The notes: generated by a model not told the origin, from the sequence alone. DNA of 64,000 nucleotides from Candidatus Moranbacteria bacterium UBA1362 (GCA_002306085.1 DBRS01000004.1:8133-72132), one strand, 5' to 3'; counted from the first letter of the stretch, positions 1 to 11,057 are shown. A program made the numbers and translations.

Positions 1-1797
1 TCGATGGTTGCGGTGTCTAAGGCGGGGGAGCGTCTTGTCGGGCTTTTGGCGAAAAGGCAATCGGTGACGAACCCGGGCAATACGCTTTTTTCGATCAAAA
101 GGCTGATAGGCCGCGCATACAATGATCGCGAAATACAGCGAGACGCGGAGTTGATGCCGTATAAGATTGTCAAATCTAACGGCGGAGTAAAAATAGCGAT
201 GGGAGACAGGGAGTATACTCCTCAGGAAATTTCAGCGATGATTTTGCAGAAACTTAAACAGGATGCGGAAGAAAAAATCGGTGAGAAAATCACAGAGGCC
301 GTGATCACTGTTCCTGCGTATTTTGACGATTCGCAAAGAAAAGCTACAAAGGAAGCCGGTGAAATTGCAGGATTTACTGTGAGGAGAATTATAAACGAAC
401 CTACTGCCGCGGCCCTTGCCTATGGTTTTGACAAAAAGAAAGATGAAAAGATTGCGGTATACGATCTCGGAGGCGGAACATTCGACATTTCTATTTTGGA
501 AGTTGGCGGAGACACTGTCGAAGTTAAATCAACGAATGGAGACACGCACCTTGGAGGAGACGACTTTGATCAAAGAATCATCGGATGGATAATTGAGGAA
601 TTCAAAAAGCAGGAAGGCATTGATCTTTCCAAGGATCCGCTTTCGCTTCAAAGGATCAAGGAGGCTGCGGAGAAAGCAAAGATTGAACTTTCAACCTCGA
701 TGGAAAGCGAAATTAACCAGCCGTTCATAACTTCTGACGCGACCGGTCCGAAACATCTTGTGATGAAAATCACCAGGGCCAAGCTCGAGGAATTGGTGGG
801 AGATCTTGTTGAGAAGACACTAGGACCTGTCAAAAAAGCATTGGAAGATGCCAAACTTTCCCCAAGCGATATCAATGAAATCGTTATGGTTGGAGGAATG
901 ACAAGGATGCCGCTGGTGCTTGCTACTGTTGAAAAATTTTTCGGAAAAAAACCGAATATATCGGTCAATCCTGATGAAGTTGTTGCGCTTGGCGCGGCGA
1001 TCCAGGGCGGCGTGCTCGAAGGAAGCGTGAAAGACGTTCTTCTTCTTGATGTCACCCCGCTTACGCTCGGAATCGAGACAATGGGAGGAATTTCCACCCC
1101 GCTCATTCCAAGAAATACGACTATTCCGACAAGCAAGAAACAGATTTTTTCTACAGCTGCCGACAATCAGCCGGGGGTTGAGATTCATGTGCTTCAGGGA
1201 GAAAGGGAACTTGCTTCAGGAAATAAGACTCTTGGAAAATTTTTGCTTGATGGAATTCCGCCGGCACCCAGAGGAGTTCCGCAGATCGAGGTTGAATTTG
1301 ACATTGACGCGAATGGAATCTTGAATGTTACCGCAAAAGACAAGGCTACCGGAAAATCACAATCCATCAAGATAGAAGCATCATCAGGTCTTTCGAAAGA
1401 AGAAATCGAAAAGATGAAGAAAGACGCCGAAATGCATGCCGAAGAAGATAAGCGCAAGAAAGAGCTTGTTGAGGCTCGCAATATTGCCGACACGCTGGTT
1501 TATACAACGCAAAAAGCTCTTCGAGAAGCGGGCGATAAAATTTCAGCCGAAGAAAAGAAGCCCGTGGAAGATGCGATTGCCGAACTTGACAAAGTGAAGA
1601 ACGGCGATGATCTCAATGAAATTAAAGCCAAGACAGAAGCTCTCTCGCAAGCCGCGCAAAAGATCGGAGAAAAGTTGTATAAAGCTGCTCAGGAAGCTCA
1701 AGGCACTCAGGCAGGCCAGCAGGAAGGCCAAAAACCTGAAGGCGATGTCAAAGAAGCGGAAGTTGACAAAGATAAAGACGAAAAAGAGAAAAAATAA
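1..1797 (+). CDS. dnaK: Chaperone DnaK (Hsp70), 5' end outside window
   Basis: [37 protein letters not shown]-like and GVPQIEV motifs; frame is open from base 1. Confidence 0.99.
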   Translation, partial: SMVAVSKAGERLVGLLAKRQSVTNPGNTLFSIKRLIGRAYNDREIQRDAELMPYKIVKSNGGVKIAMGDREYTPQEISAMILQKLKQDAEEKIGEKITEAVITVPAYFDDSQRKATKEAGEIAGFTVRRIINEPTAAALAYGFDKKKDEKIAVYDLGGGTFDISILEVGGDTVEVKSTNGDTHLGGDDFDQRIIGWIIEEFKKQEGIDLSKDPLSLQRIKEAAEKAKIELSTSMESEINQPFITSDATGPKHLVMKITRAKLEELVGDLVEKTLGPVKKALEDAKLSPSDINEIVMVGGMTRMPLVLATVEKFFGKKPNISVNPDEVVALGAAIQGGVLEGSVKDVLLLDVTPLTLGIETMGGISTPLIPRNTTIPTSKKQIFSTAADNQPGVEIHVLQGERELASGNKTLGKFLLDGIPPAPRGVPQIEVEFDIDANGILNVTAKDKATGKSQSIKIEASSGLSKEEIEKMKKDAEMHAEEDKRKKELVEARNIADTLVYTTQKALREAGDKISAEEKKPVEDAIAELDKVKNGDDLNEIKAKTEALSQAAQKIGEKLYKAAQEAQGTQAGQQEGQKPEGDVKEAEVDKDKDEKEKK

Positions 1798-1802
1798 TCT
1801 TC

Positions 1803-1829
1803 AAAGCCCCGATTCCATCGGGGCTTTTT
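1803..1829 (+). terminator. Intrinsic terminator after dnaK
   Basis: AAAGCCCCGAT-TCC-ATCGGGGCTTTTT hairpin with T tract. Confidence 0.85.
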
Positions 1830-2033
1830 CAAGAATTTCCTCTGATTTATTTGTATTTTATTTAATTGTTTCAATTTATCTTATTACCATACTGGTATTA
1901 TGACATTTGTATGGTAATGTTATGAGTAAAAGGCAGCAGAGTAGGGGAATGAATTTTGGTTAATAATACGAATGGTCTGCATATGAGTTTTGCTGGTTGT
2001 TGATTGGTGCGTGCATAAATTTTAATAATTTGT

Positions 2034-2735
2034 ATGCTTAAATTTTTTGAAAAATTTTCCGAAGTTTTTGCGATAATGTCCGAAAAAACGGATGGTTCAA
2101 TGAAATTGCTCGATGGCGAAAAATGGGAAGAAAATCTGAAAAACAGAAACAAGTTTTTCAACAAGAACGAAATAAATCCGAATAAGGTTACCAGCGTGAG
2201 ACTCGTGCATGGAAGCAAAGTTTTGGCTGTTAAAAATGGTGCGGAAAAAATAGTTGAGGATGCGGATGGACTCGTCACGTCTGAAAGCAACATTTTTCTT
2301 GCGGTGACAGTTTCAGATTGCATTCCCGTGTATTTTTATGAAAAAGAAAAGAAAATTGTCGGCATTGCCCATGCCGGCTGGAGAGGAATTGTCGGAGGCA
2401 TTGTTGAAAATGCAATCGGCGAAATTCTGAAGCTCGGCGGAAAAGTTGAAAATATGTATATCGCTCTGGGACCGGGAATAAACAGTTGTCATTTTGAAAT
2501 AAAGAAAGATGTTTTGAATGAATTTCGCCGATATGACGCGCATGTGCTTCGGAGAGAGGAAAAAATATTTGTCGATCTAAAAGGAATAATCAGGGAACAG
2601 CTCTTATCTCGGGGAATAAAAGAAGGCAGCATTGAAGACAATAAAGCATGCACATATTGCTCGGAAAATTTTTTCTCTTTCCGCAGGGACAAAACGAACG
2701 AAACAATGGTTGCGGCAATAGGGCTTAAGAATTAG
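2034..2735 (+). CDS. pgeF: PgeF/YfiH laccase-domain purine nucleoside phosphorylase
   Basis: VHG, ADGLVT, SDC.PV, HAGWRG, GPGI..C.FE, CT.C and FFSFRR motifs. Confidence 0.92.
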   Translation: MLKFFEKFSEVFAIMSEKTDGSMKLLDGEKWEENLKNRNKFFNKNEINPNKVTSVRLVHGSKVLAVKNGAEKIVEDADGLVTSESNIFLAVTVSDCIPVYFYEKEKKIVGIAHAGWRGIVGGIVENAIGEILKLGGKVENMYIALGPGINSCHFEIKKDVLNEFRRYDAHVLRREEKIFVDLKGIIREQLLSRGIKEGSIEDNKACTYCSENFFSFRRDKTNETMVAAIGLKN

Positions 2736-2880
2736 TTCTAAAGATGCATCACATTTTTCAAAAAGCAGCAACCGATGGCATTAATTATTAGTTTGTTGTA
2801 TACTGCAATTGATCACTTTTCCTCGATTTTTGAAATTTATTATGGCTTGAAAGTAAAAATAGACAAAGGGAGGTACAGCC

Positions 2881-3087
2881 GTGAGAGAGGTTTATATGGC
2901 GAAATATGCGGAAAAGGCTCTTTATCCGCCCAAAAGAAAGTCTTTTTGCTTTATAGAATTGTGTTTTGAAAAAGAAGTTACCATCGAAGAAGTGGAAGAA
3001 TTGGGAAAAGATCTTACTCCAAGAGGCTATATATTCATGGGTGTGACAAAAAAATTTCAAGTTCTTAGCGGAAAAGTGATGCGGTAA
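2881..3087 (+). CDS. Small hypothetical protein (68 aa)
   Basis: GGGAGG SD at 2868-2873 before GTG; hairpin with T tract follows at about 3088-3123. Confidence 0.6.
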   Translation: MREVYMAKYAEKALYPPKRKSFCFIELCFEKEVTIEEVEELGKDLTPRGYIFMGVTKKFQVLSGKVMR

Positions 3088-3200
3088 ACGGGACAAGTCG
3101 GAAAAATACGGCTTTCCCGTTTTAATTTATTCAACAGAAAATTTGGATAAAACGGGGTATTGATGTATGATTGAACCATAATTATTTACCAAACAAGAAT

Positions 3201-3785
3201 ATGAAAAACAAATTGTTTGGTATTGTCATTTTGGGAGTCGGTATTGTTCTGGCCGGCTGCGGATCGCAGAAGCAGGAACAAAATCAAATGCCGGAACAGG
3301 AAAACACTCAGCAGCAAAGCTCCGTCATCAGTTCAATCAAGGACGCCATGGATCTCGGTAAAAAAATGAAATGCGAATATTCAGTGGATGAGAATGGCAA
3401 CGCTGTAAAAGCAGCTTCTTATGTTGAAGGTAAAAAATTCAAATCAACCATATCATACGGCGGTGCCGTTAATAACACGTTTTTTGACGGAGAAACAACT
3501 TACATATGGACGGAAGGGCAAACAACGGGCATGAAAATGACCGAAAGCTGCATCAAAAAATTCGGCGAATCTTTACCGCAGGGGCAAGAAAATGTAAGCG
3601 GGCAGATGGTTAGGGAGCCTGAAGAACATTTCAATAATGCCGTTGACGTCAAATGCGTGCAAGCTTCGGACAGCGTAGATTTTTCAGCTCCGTCAGATGT
3701 AACATTCAGCGATCAGTGTGAAATGCTGGAAAAATCTGCAGAAATAATGAAAAACATCAATATTCCGGGAAATCTTCCGCAATAA
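3201..3785 (+). CDS. Hypothetical lipoprotein
   Basis: Signal peptide with lipobox LAGC; four further Cys; start moved to the ATG of MKNKLFG. Confidence 0.8.
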   Translation: MKNKLFGIVILGVGIVLAGCGSQKQEQNQMPEQENTQQQSSVISSIKDAMDLGKKMKCEYSVDENGNAVKAASYVEGKKFKSTISYGGAVNNTFFDGETTYIWTEGQTTGMKMTESCIKKFGESLPQGQENVSGQMVREPEEHFNNAVDVKCVQASDSVDFSAPSDVTFSDQCEMLEKSAEIMKNINIPGNLPQ

Positions 3786-3799
3786 CGCATGGTTTGCCT

Positions 3800-3827
3800 A
3801 AGAACTCCGCGGTCGCGGAATTCTTTT
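3800..3827 (+). terminator. Intrinsic terminator
   Basis: AAGAACTCCGC-GGTC-GCGGAATTCTTTT. Confidence 0.65.
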
Positions 3828-3860
3828 GTTTCGCAAAATTTAACTTCAATCCGAAAATAG

Positions 3861-4922
3861 ATGAAAAAAGAAAAGATTATTCGTTATTGTCCGCATTTTT
3901 TTATTTTGTTTGCAGGCTTTTTTTCGTGGATGTCGATTCAAAGGGCGGTTATGGTTCCCGGCTCGAGCATATGGTTTGTTCCCATCGCCGTCTTTTTCTT
4001 GTATATCATCTCTTTTTGTCTTGCGGCGATTCTCGTAAAGAGAACGGCCGAGGTTGAGATAGCTGCCGCGATCTCGCTTTTCGGGAGCCTGATTTTTGCA
4101 CATTCGTTTTGGCATTTCGCGGTAGTCTTAATTTGTGCGGTTTTGCTGCTGAGTGGTATAAGAAGCATAAGAAAAGATCTCGAACTTAATGTAAAGATCG
4201 ATATTTGGAAGTCATTGAGCACGGGAAAATCGAAAATTATCCTGGCTCTTGCAATAATGATTTCAAGTCAGTATCTGTTCATGGTCAAAGGTTCGGAATT
4301 GGAAAGGGCGGCGGTGAAACTTGATCTGAAGCCCGCGACATCGGAAATAATCGGACCAATCTTCGGATATTTCAATCCGAACTTTAAGAAGATTCAAGAA
4401 GATGGAATGACAGTTGACGAGTTTATAATTGAATCGCAGAAACAAAATATGGCGCGTGTTTTGGAAAATGGAGAGAGTCTTATGGATGAAGAAGCATTGC
4501 GCGATCTTCCGGAAGAACAAAGAGAAGAATTTAAACGGGAGATGCTCAGGCAAATAGCCGAGGAGGCGGAAAAGGCGCGCAAGGAAAACCTTGAAATTAT
4601 TCTTGAGAATGGGCGCGAGGAACTTTCGCAAATGGTGGGTCGCGAAGTTGCTGAAGATGAAGAAATTGCGGACATTTTCGTTGGGTTTGTCAATGAAAAA
4701 ATAAATGATTTTTTTCAGCCGAAAGTTGGAAGCGATTCACATTCTTCGCTATTTGTGTATATCATGGCACTCTTGCTGTTTCTGACAATTCTTCCCCTGG
4801 GTTCAATTCTTATGGTCTTTTGCTTCACGGTTGCGGTTTTGGTTTTCAGATTGCTTCTGCGTTTCCAAGTGATTGGCATAGGAAAAGTTGCGGTTGAAAG
4901 GGAAGTGATAGTGAGCAAATAA
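3861..4922 (+). CDS. Hypothetical multi-pass membrane protein with an acidic helical soluble domain
   Basis: About five N-terminal and one or two C-terminal hydrophobic segments. Confidence 0.8.
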   Translation: MKKEKIIRYCPHFFILFAGFFSWMSIQRAVMVPGSSIWFVPIAVFFLYIISFCLAAILVKRTAEVEIAAAISLFGSLIFAHSFWHFAVVLICAVLLLSGIRSIRKDLELNVKIDIWKSLSTGKSKIILALAIMISSQYLFMVKGSELERAAVKLDLKPATSEIIGPIFGYFNPNFKKIQEDGMTVDEFIIESQKQNMARVLENGESLMDEEALRDLPEEQREEFKREMLRQIAEEAEKARKENLEIILENGREELSQMVGREVAEDEEIADIFVGFVNEKINDFFQPKVGSDSHSSLFVYIMALLLFLTILPLGSILMVFCFTVAVLVFRLLLRFQVIGIGKVAVEREVIVSK

Positions 4923-4973
4923 TCGGTTGTTTGCGGCCTGATATCGTCCGTGACGCGTCGCTACGGGCGCGAG

Positions 4974-5000
4974 TTAGCACTCACCCTTGGGGATTGCTAA
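4974..5000. promoter_or_regulatory. CIRCE element (HrcA operator) upstream of dnaJ
   Basis: TTAGCACTC-N9-GATTGCTAA, one mismatch to TTAGCACTC-N9-GAGTGCTAA. Confidence 0.88.
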
Positions 5001-5160
5001 TTTTTTTATTTTGTTGTAGTATGTTAACGAGAAGTAACTGATGCGGAGATTGCGTGAGAGAAGCTGGATTATTTATCTTTCAGCTGTCCGTTCCGATGGA
5101 TATAAGTCTGAAAAATAAATAATCCAGCTTCTTGGATGTTTAGGTAAAACATAAAACAAT

Positions 5161-6276
5161 ATGAGCAAAGACTACTATGAAATTTTGGGTGTAAGCAGAA
5201 ACGCTTCCGATGATGAGATAAAAAAGGCTTATCGCAAGCTTGCCCACAAATATCATCCTGACAAACAAGGCGGAGACGCCACTAAATTTAAGGAAATCAA
5301 CGAGGCCTACCAGACGCTTTCAGATAAAACCAAGCGCCAGCAGTACGACCAATTCGGCAGAACTTTTGAACAGGCGGGCGGCGCCGGCGGTTTTGGCGGA
5401 TTCGGCGGTTTTGAAGGCTTCGATTTTGGTGGTTTTTCTGCCGGAGGCGGGCCATCTTTTGGCGGAAATTTCGGAGGAGGTTTTGAAGATATTTTTTCCG
5501 ACATGTTCGGAGAGGCTTTTGGCGGTGGCAGAAGGCGCGGAACGTCGAGAGCCGGAAACAATATTCAGATAGATGTGGAAATAAGCTTTGAGGAAATGGT
5601 GAATGGCACGCATCGCAACGTGAAACTTCGCAGATATGTGACGTGCGACGTTTGCCGCGGAAGCGGAGGAGAGCCTGGTTCAAAAGAAGAAACGTGCCCG
5701 ACTTGCCAAGGAAGCGGCCAGATCAGGAAGACCGTGCGCAGTTTCTTCGGATCGTTCGCGCAAGTTTCCACGTGTCCGACATGCGAAGGCAGAGGAAAGA
5801 TATTTTCCAAAAAATGCCACAAATGCAAGGGAGAAGGACGCGTGAGAGAAGGTGAGGAAATAAGAATAGACATTCCGGCCGGAATTTTGGACGGGCAGAC
5901 GATATCGCTTCAGGGATATGGTGAAGCCGGAGAAAAAGGCGCGGCAAGCGGCGATCTCTACGTGAATATTCATGTCAAACCGCATAAGAAATTTAAAAGA
6001 GAGGGCAATGACGTACTTTCAACAGAACACATTTCATTTTCGCAGGCTGTTCTTGGCGACAAGGTTGTTGTTGAAACTATTAGCGGACCAATTAAAATGA
6101 AAATTCCGGCAGGCACGCAATCGCATGATAAATTCAGAATAAAAGGCGAAGGAGTTCCGCATATCGGGCGAAGAGGCGCAAGGGGAGATCAAATTGTGAC
6201 GGTTATTGTCGATATTCCGAAAAGTCCGACCAGGCAGCAGAAGAAACTTATTGAAGAATTGAGAAAACTTGACTAA
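5161..6276 (+). CDS. dnaJ: Chaperone DnaJ
   Basis: J domain with HPD, G/F-rich region, four CxxCxGxG repeats. Confidence 0.99.
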   Translation: MSKDYYEILGVSRNASDDEIKKAYRKLAHKYHPDKQGGDATKFKEINEAYQTLSDKTKRQQYDQFGRTFEQAGGAGGFGGFGGFEGFDFGGFSAGGGPSFGGNFGGGFEDIFSDMFGEAFGGGRRRGTSRAGNNIQIDVEISFEEMVNGTHRNVKLRRYVTCDVCRGSGGEPGSKEETCPTCQGSGQIRKTVRSFFGSFAQVSTCPTCEGRGKIFSKKCHKCKGEGRVREGEEIRIDIPAGILDGQTISLQGYGEAGEKGAASGDLYVNIHVKPHKKFKREGNDVLSTEHISFSQAVLGDKVVVETISGPIKMKIPAGTQSHDKFRIKGEGVPHIGRRGARGDQIVTVIVDIPKSPTRQQKKLIEELRKLD

Positions 6277-6297
6277 ATCAATAAAAAGTGCTATAAT
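6269..6297 (+). promoter_or_regulatory. sigma70-type promoter
   Basis: TTGACT-17-TATAAT with TG at the extended -10 position. Confidence 0.7.
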
Positions 6298-6466
6298 TAA
6301 AGGATATAGCGCTTTTTTAATATAAGTCATGACATCAGAAAACAGTCCAGGAGAGCAGTGAAAAATCTAAAAGCTCAGGTAATGCTTCTTTGTTTTACGT
6401 AATATTCAAAAAGTAATATAATGTAAGTGCGCAATTTATCTTTTACCAAAATATAAAAAATATAAA

Positions 6467-8536
6467 ATGAAAAAAAACAGCCTTAAATCTCTTTTTAATC
6501 CCGCTTCGATCGCGATTGTCGGCGCATCGGGCAAAAAAGGAAAGATCGGGAACATAATCATGGAGAACATCATGAAGCTCGGATATGGTGGAGATGTTTT
6601 TTTGGTCAATCCTTCCTGCAAATTCATAAAATTCAAACGTTGCCATCCTTCGCTTGGTTCGATCGGAAAAAAAGTTGATCTGGCGATAATTTGCGTGCCG
6701 GCAAAATTTGTTATCGACGTCGTAAAGAACGGAGCCAAAAATGCCAAAAATTTCGTGATTATATCGGCAGGTTTTTCGGAAACGGGAAAAGAGGGAGCAA
6801 AAAGAGAAAAAGAATTGCTTGCCATTGCCAAGAAAAACAACATCAACATCCTTGGTCCGAATTGCCTTGGTTTCATTGTTCCAAAAATTGGACTCAATGC
6901 GTCCTTTGCCGCGGGAATGCCCGATGCTGGGAACATAGCGTTTGTTTCTCAGTCGGGAGCGCTTGCTGTGGGGTTTATGGATAAGGCCAAAGAGGAGCAC
7001 CTTGGATTTTCAAGTGTAATTTCAATCGGAAACAAGATGCAACTCGGGGAAAGCGAGCTTTTGGAATATCTTGCCGAAGACAGAGAAACGAAAGTGATCG
7101 GCATGTATCTTGAAGGCATTAAAGACGGGAAAAATTTTTCCGAAATTGCCAAAAAAGTTTCCGCAAAAAAACCGATTGTAATTTTGAAAGCCGGCAAAAC
7201 CGCAAAAGCGCAGCAGGCAATTTCCTCGCATACGGGAGCGCTTGCGGGAAGCGATGAAATCACAAGCGCCGTTTTTGAAAAAATAGGCATCATGCGAGCC
7301 GATAATCTGGATGAGTTTTTTGATTTGCTTCAGCTTATTTCTTTTACCGACGCGCCGAAAAGCAAAAATGTCGCCGTAGTTACCAACGCGGGCGGCGCCG
7401 GAGTTCTTGCTACTGACTCTTTCAAGGGCAAAGAAATAGAGCTTGCGGAGTTTGTGAAAAATGAAAAGGAAAATCTTAGAAGAAATCTTCCTGCAGAAGC
7501 ATCGGTTGAAAATCCTGTAGATCTTCTCGGTGATGCCGAAGAAATCCGCTATCAAAAAACATTGGAAATTCTCAATAATGAAAAAATGGGATGCATATTG
7601 TGTCTTCTTACTCCGCAGCAGCAGACTCCAGTCGAGAAAATTTCAGAAATACTCAAATGTGAAAAGGCAAAAAACAAAGCGCTCATTGCAGCTGTTTTTG
7701 TGGGGGGAGAGAGGGTTGAAGATTCGATTGCCGACCTTAAGAAAAATAATGTTCCGTGCTTTTCCGATCCGCAAAGCGCTGTCGATGCAATTGATAAATA
7801 TTACAAGTGGAACGTTGCCGAAAAGAGTGCTCCTAAAAAACTTGCTGAAAAAAATTCTCTTGAGCGCAAAAAGCAATCGAATGAAATTATTTCAAAAGCT
7901 CTTGCGGATGGAAGAAAAGCTTTGTTTTTTCCGGAAGCTTCCGAAGTGATGGAAAAGTTCGGAGTAAAATGCGTTGAATCTTACGGAATAAAACCTGGTG
8001 ATGGCGTGCCTGAGATAAAAAATTATCCCGTGGTTCTCAAGGTGGACAGCGATAAGGTTTTGCACAAGTCCGATAAACAGGCGCTGATTTTGGACATAAA
8101 AAACAAGGAGGCTCTTGAATTGGAGCTGAAAAAGCTTAGAAAAAATTTTCCCGATGAGCATTTCGTGGTGCAGCCGATGATGGAAAGAAAAACGGAAATA
8201 ATTTTAGGCATCAAAAAGGACGCGATTTTCGGTCCGGTTGTTGTCTATGGATTGGGAGGAATATATACAGAAGTCTTTAAGATGGTGGATTTCTTGGTTC
8301 TGCCGGCAGATTTTGACGAGATTAAAAAGAATGTCATGAAAGGGAAACTGCGCTTTTTGTTTGAAGGCGCAAGAGGCCAGGCTTCGTACAATATCGAGGA
8401 GTTTGCAAGGATTCTCAAGGGAGTTGCTGATTTTGCCAGAAAAAACGACAAAGTTAGAGAGTTTGATGTGAATCCGCTTTTTATCTATAATGACGGAAGA
8501 GAGGCTCTGGCGGCGGACGTAAAAATAATTCTTTAA
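6467..8536 (+). CDS. ADP-forming acetate/acyl-CoA ligase (fused alpha and beta)
   Basis: IAIVGAS, GPNCLG, SQSGA, SHTGALAG phospho-His, NPVDLLGDA, HKSD and FDVNPL motifs. Confidence 0.93.
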   Translation: MKKNSLKSLFNPASIAIVGASGKKGKIGNIIMENIMKLGYGGDVFLVNPSCKFIKFKRCHPSLGSIGKKVDLAIICVPAKFVIDVVKNGAKNAKNFVIISAGFSETGKEGAKREKELLAIAKKNNINILGPNCLGFIVPKIGLNASFAAGMPDAGNIAFVSQSGALAVGFMDKAKEEHLGFSSVISIGNKMQLGESELLEYLAEDRETKVIGMYLEGIKDGKNFSEIAKKVSAKKPIVILKAGKTAKAQQAISSHTGALAGSDEITSAVFEKIGIMRADNLDEFFDLLQLISFTDAPKSKNVAVVTNAGGAGVLATDSFKGKEIELAEFVKNEKENLRRNLPAEASVENPVDLLGDAEEIRYQKTLEILNNEKMGCILCLLTPQQQTPVEKISEILKCEKAKNKALIAAVFVGGERVEDSIADLKKNNVPCFSDPQSAVDAIDKYYKWNVAEKSAPKKLAEKNSLERKKQSNEIISKALADGRKALFFPEASEVMEKFGVKCVESYGIKPGDGVPEIKNYPVVLKVDSDKVLHKSDKQALILDIKNKEALELELKKLRKNFPDEHFVVQPMMERKTEIILGIKKDAIFGPVVVYGLGGIYTEVFKMVDFLVLPADFDEIKKNVMKGKLRFLFEGARGQASYNIEEFARILKGVADFARKNDKVREFDVNPLFIYNDGREALAADVKIIL

Positions 8537-8605
8537 GCGTCAATTGCCCTGATGAGCTTGCTGATTTTTTAATAAGCTAAAAGATGCCGCAAGGTTCGTA
8601 TTTTT

Positions 8606-9181
8606 ATGGACAAAAAAACAAAAATTTTGCTTGTTGACGACGATGTGAATTTGCGCCAAATGTACGCAGAGATATTTAAGAATTCAGGCTTTGAAGTTGT
8701 TGAGGCCGGTGACGGAGTTGAAGGACTCGACAAAGCTTCCAAAGAAGCTCCGGATGTAATTTTTACCGGAATAATTATGCCGCGCATGGATGGTTTTACC
8801 ATGATGGAGGCGCTCAAAAAAACCGTGATGACGGCAAGCATTCCGGTGGTAATTTCTTCGCACATGGGCCGAGAAGAAGATCAGCAAAAGGCCAACGCTC
8901 TGGGTGCGAAAGATTTCATAGTCCGTGACATAACGCGTCCGATTGAAACTGTGGAAAGAATCAGGGCTTTGTTTATCCAAGAAGGAGGAGAATATAAACT
9001 TGAGTTTAGTGCTGACAGAATGGATGCTCCGAAACTTGCAAAAGACTTGAGTTTTAATCCGACTTTCAACTGTCTGGATTGCGGAACAACCATTTCTCTT
9101 AATCTGAAATTGATAAATAAAAAGGATCGTATTTTTGAAGCAAAATTTGTTTGTCCTAAATGCGGATGGGAAGCTAAATGA
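8606..9181 (+). CDS. Atypical response-regulator receiver with C-terminal CxxC..CxxC zinc ribbon
   Basis: ILLVDDD and MPRMDG motifs; phosphoacceptor position is Gly (IFTGIIMP); CLDC and CPKC at the C-terminus. Confidence 0.85.
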   Translation: MDKKTKILLVDDDVNLRQMYAEIFKNSGFEVVEAGDGVEGLDKASKEAPDVIFTGIIMPRMDGFTMMEALKKTVMTASIPVVISSHMGREEDQQKANALGAKDFIVRDITRPIETVERIRALFIQEGGEYKLEFSADRMDAPKLAKDLSFNPTFNCLDCGTTISLNLKLINKKDRIFEAKFVCPKCGWEAK

Positions 9182-9302
9182 TGTATATAGTGTTTGGTAT
9201 ATAGTGTTTTGTATAAAATTTCACAGGGCATTGGAATTTGCTATTTTCCGTTTTTTATTTTTTGAACCGTATATACAAGATGCTAGGTACCGTTACAAAT
9301 TT

Positions 9303-11021
9303 ATGCCTCGATGGATTTTGTCTGAAAAGGAAGAAATTGCGAAAATGCCAAACTTGAAGCTGCATCCTTTGTTAGTGCAGCTTTTGTTTTCCCGTGGAAT
9401 TAAAACAAAAGAAGAAATCGAAAAATTCGTTTTCCCTGACTATGACAGAGACTTCCATGATCCTTTTTTGTTCTCTGACATGGAAAAAGTTGTCAAAAGA
9501 ATAGAAAAAGCCCGGGAAAAAAAAGAAAAAGTGGCCATTTTCGGTGATTATGATGCCGATGGAATCACCGCTTCCGTAATCATCAAGGAAACTTTGGATC
9601 TTTTAGGAATCGAATCTTTCACCTATATTCCCGACAAGATGAATGAAGGCTATGGCATGAATGTCGCGGCAGTGGAAAAATTTGAAAAAGAAAATGTTTC
9701 GCTGATAATCACGGTTGATTGCGGAATCACGAACATTGCCGAGGTGGAAAGAGCCAATTCTCTCGGGATAGATGTCATAATAACAGATCATCATCATATG
9801 CCGGAAAAAATTCCCGAGGCTTTTGCTGTGGTTGATCCGCACGATCCCAGATCAGAATATCCTTTCAGAGATCTTGCCGGAGTTGGAGTTGCGTTTAAAG
9901 TCGTGCAGGCCGTGTTTCAGAGGTTGCTGGAAGATAAGATTCAGCAAACCAAATGGATGCTTGATCTTGTGGCCATAGGCACAATTGCCGATTGCGTGCC
10001 GCTGGTCGGGGAAAACAGATTGTTTGCCAAATATGGTCTTATTGTTCTTTCGAAAACAAAACGCGTGGGCCTTAAAGAATTGTTTTCTGTGGGAAGAATC
10101 AATATTAACGAAAAGAATTTGCCCGACACTAGAAAAATTTCTTTCTATATTGCTCCCAGAATCAATGCTGCCGGAAGAATCAAGCATGCCAATCTTGCCT
10201 ATGATCTTATTTTTGAAAAAGACGTCGCGAAAGCGCGAACCTCGGCGCTTGAAATCGAGGCGCAAAATTCGGAAAGACAAAAAGTAACCGAGAAAGTTGT
10301 GGAAGAAGTTTCCATTCTCGCTCGCAGCGCTTTTAAAGACAAGAAATTTATTTTTGCCGCAAGCGAACATTTTCCCATAGGTGTTTTGGGGCTTGCTGCA
10401 GGAAAAATAGCTCAGCAATTTTTAAGGCCGGTTGCTATTTTTCGCAAAGATGAAGATGCAAGTACCGGCTCTTTTCGCAGCATCCCGCAGATAAATATCA
10501 TTGAAACGATCGGTAAATTTGGCGGCATGCTCATGAAATTCGGCGGACATTCTCAGGCTGCCGGTGCGACCATCAAAAATGAGAATTTTGTCAAATTCTG
10601 TGAAAAAATGAGCGAAGAAATTGAAAAGAAGCTCAAGGATTGTGATTTTTCCGAAGAAATTTTGGTTGACGCGAAAATTGATGCGAAAGATGTGGATTTT
10701 GCCCTGGTTGATGATATTGAGAAATTGAAACCTTTCGGCGAAGGCAACAGGGAGCCGGTTTTTATGATAAAAAATTTGACAGTGCGCGAAACAAGAATCG
10801 TAGGCAACGGAAACAAGCACATAAAGCTTTTCCTGGCTTGCGAGAATGAACCAAAAATATTTGAAGCGATCAGTTTTAACGGTTATGAAAAATTTTCGCA
10901 CATAAATGTCGGGGATAAAATTGATATTTTGTGCAATTTGCAAAAAGATGAATGGAATGGAAATATAAAGATACAATTTACTCTGATTGATGCGAGAGTT
11001 AGTCAGAGTAAGAATTTTTAA
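9303..11021 (+). CDS. recJ: Single-stranded DNA exonuclease RecJ
   Basis: GDYDADG, TVDCG, TDHH, PRINAAGR, GSFRS, GGHSQAAG and PFGEGN motifs. Confidence 0.97.
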   Translation: MPRWILSEKEEIAKMPNLKLHPLLVQLLFSRGIKTKEEIEKFVFPDYDRDFHDPFLFSDMEKVVKRIEKAREKKEKVAIFGDYDADGITASVIIKETLDLLGIESFTYIPDKMNEGYGMNVAAVEKFEKENVSLIITVDCGITNIAEVERANSLGIDVIITDHHHMPEKIPEAFAVVDPHDPRSEYPFRDLAGVGVAFKVVQAVFQRLLEDKIQQTKWMLDLVAIGTIADCVPLVGENRLFAKYGLIVLSKTKRVGLKELFSVGRININEKNLPDTRKISFYIAPRINAAGRIKHANLAYDLIFEKDVAKARTSALEIEAQNSERQKVTEKVVEEVSILARSAFKDKKFIFAASEHFPIGVLGLAAGKIAQQFLRPVAIFRKDEDASTGSFRSIPQINIIETIGKFGGMLMKFGGHSQAAGATIKNENFVKFCEKMSEEIEKKLKDCDFSEEILVDAKIDAKDVDFALVDDIEKLKPFGEGNREPVFMIKNLTVRETRIVGNGNKHIKLFLACENEPKIFEAISFNGYEKFSHINVGDKIDILCNLQKDEWNGNIKIQFTLIDARVSQSKNF

Positions 11022-11057
11022 TTTTGAATTTAAAATGTTAAAAAATTAAAAATTAAA

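Noticed and set aside
6340-6392. Glycine-riboswitch-like words (GGAGAG...CTCAGG)
   Set aside because: Too short, lacks the CCGAAG/P3 core, and the downstream gene is unrelated to glycine.
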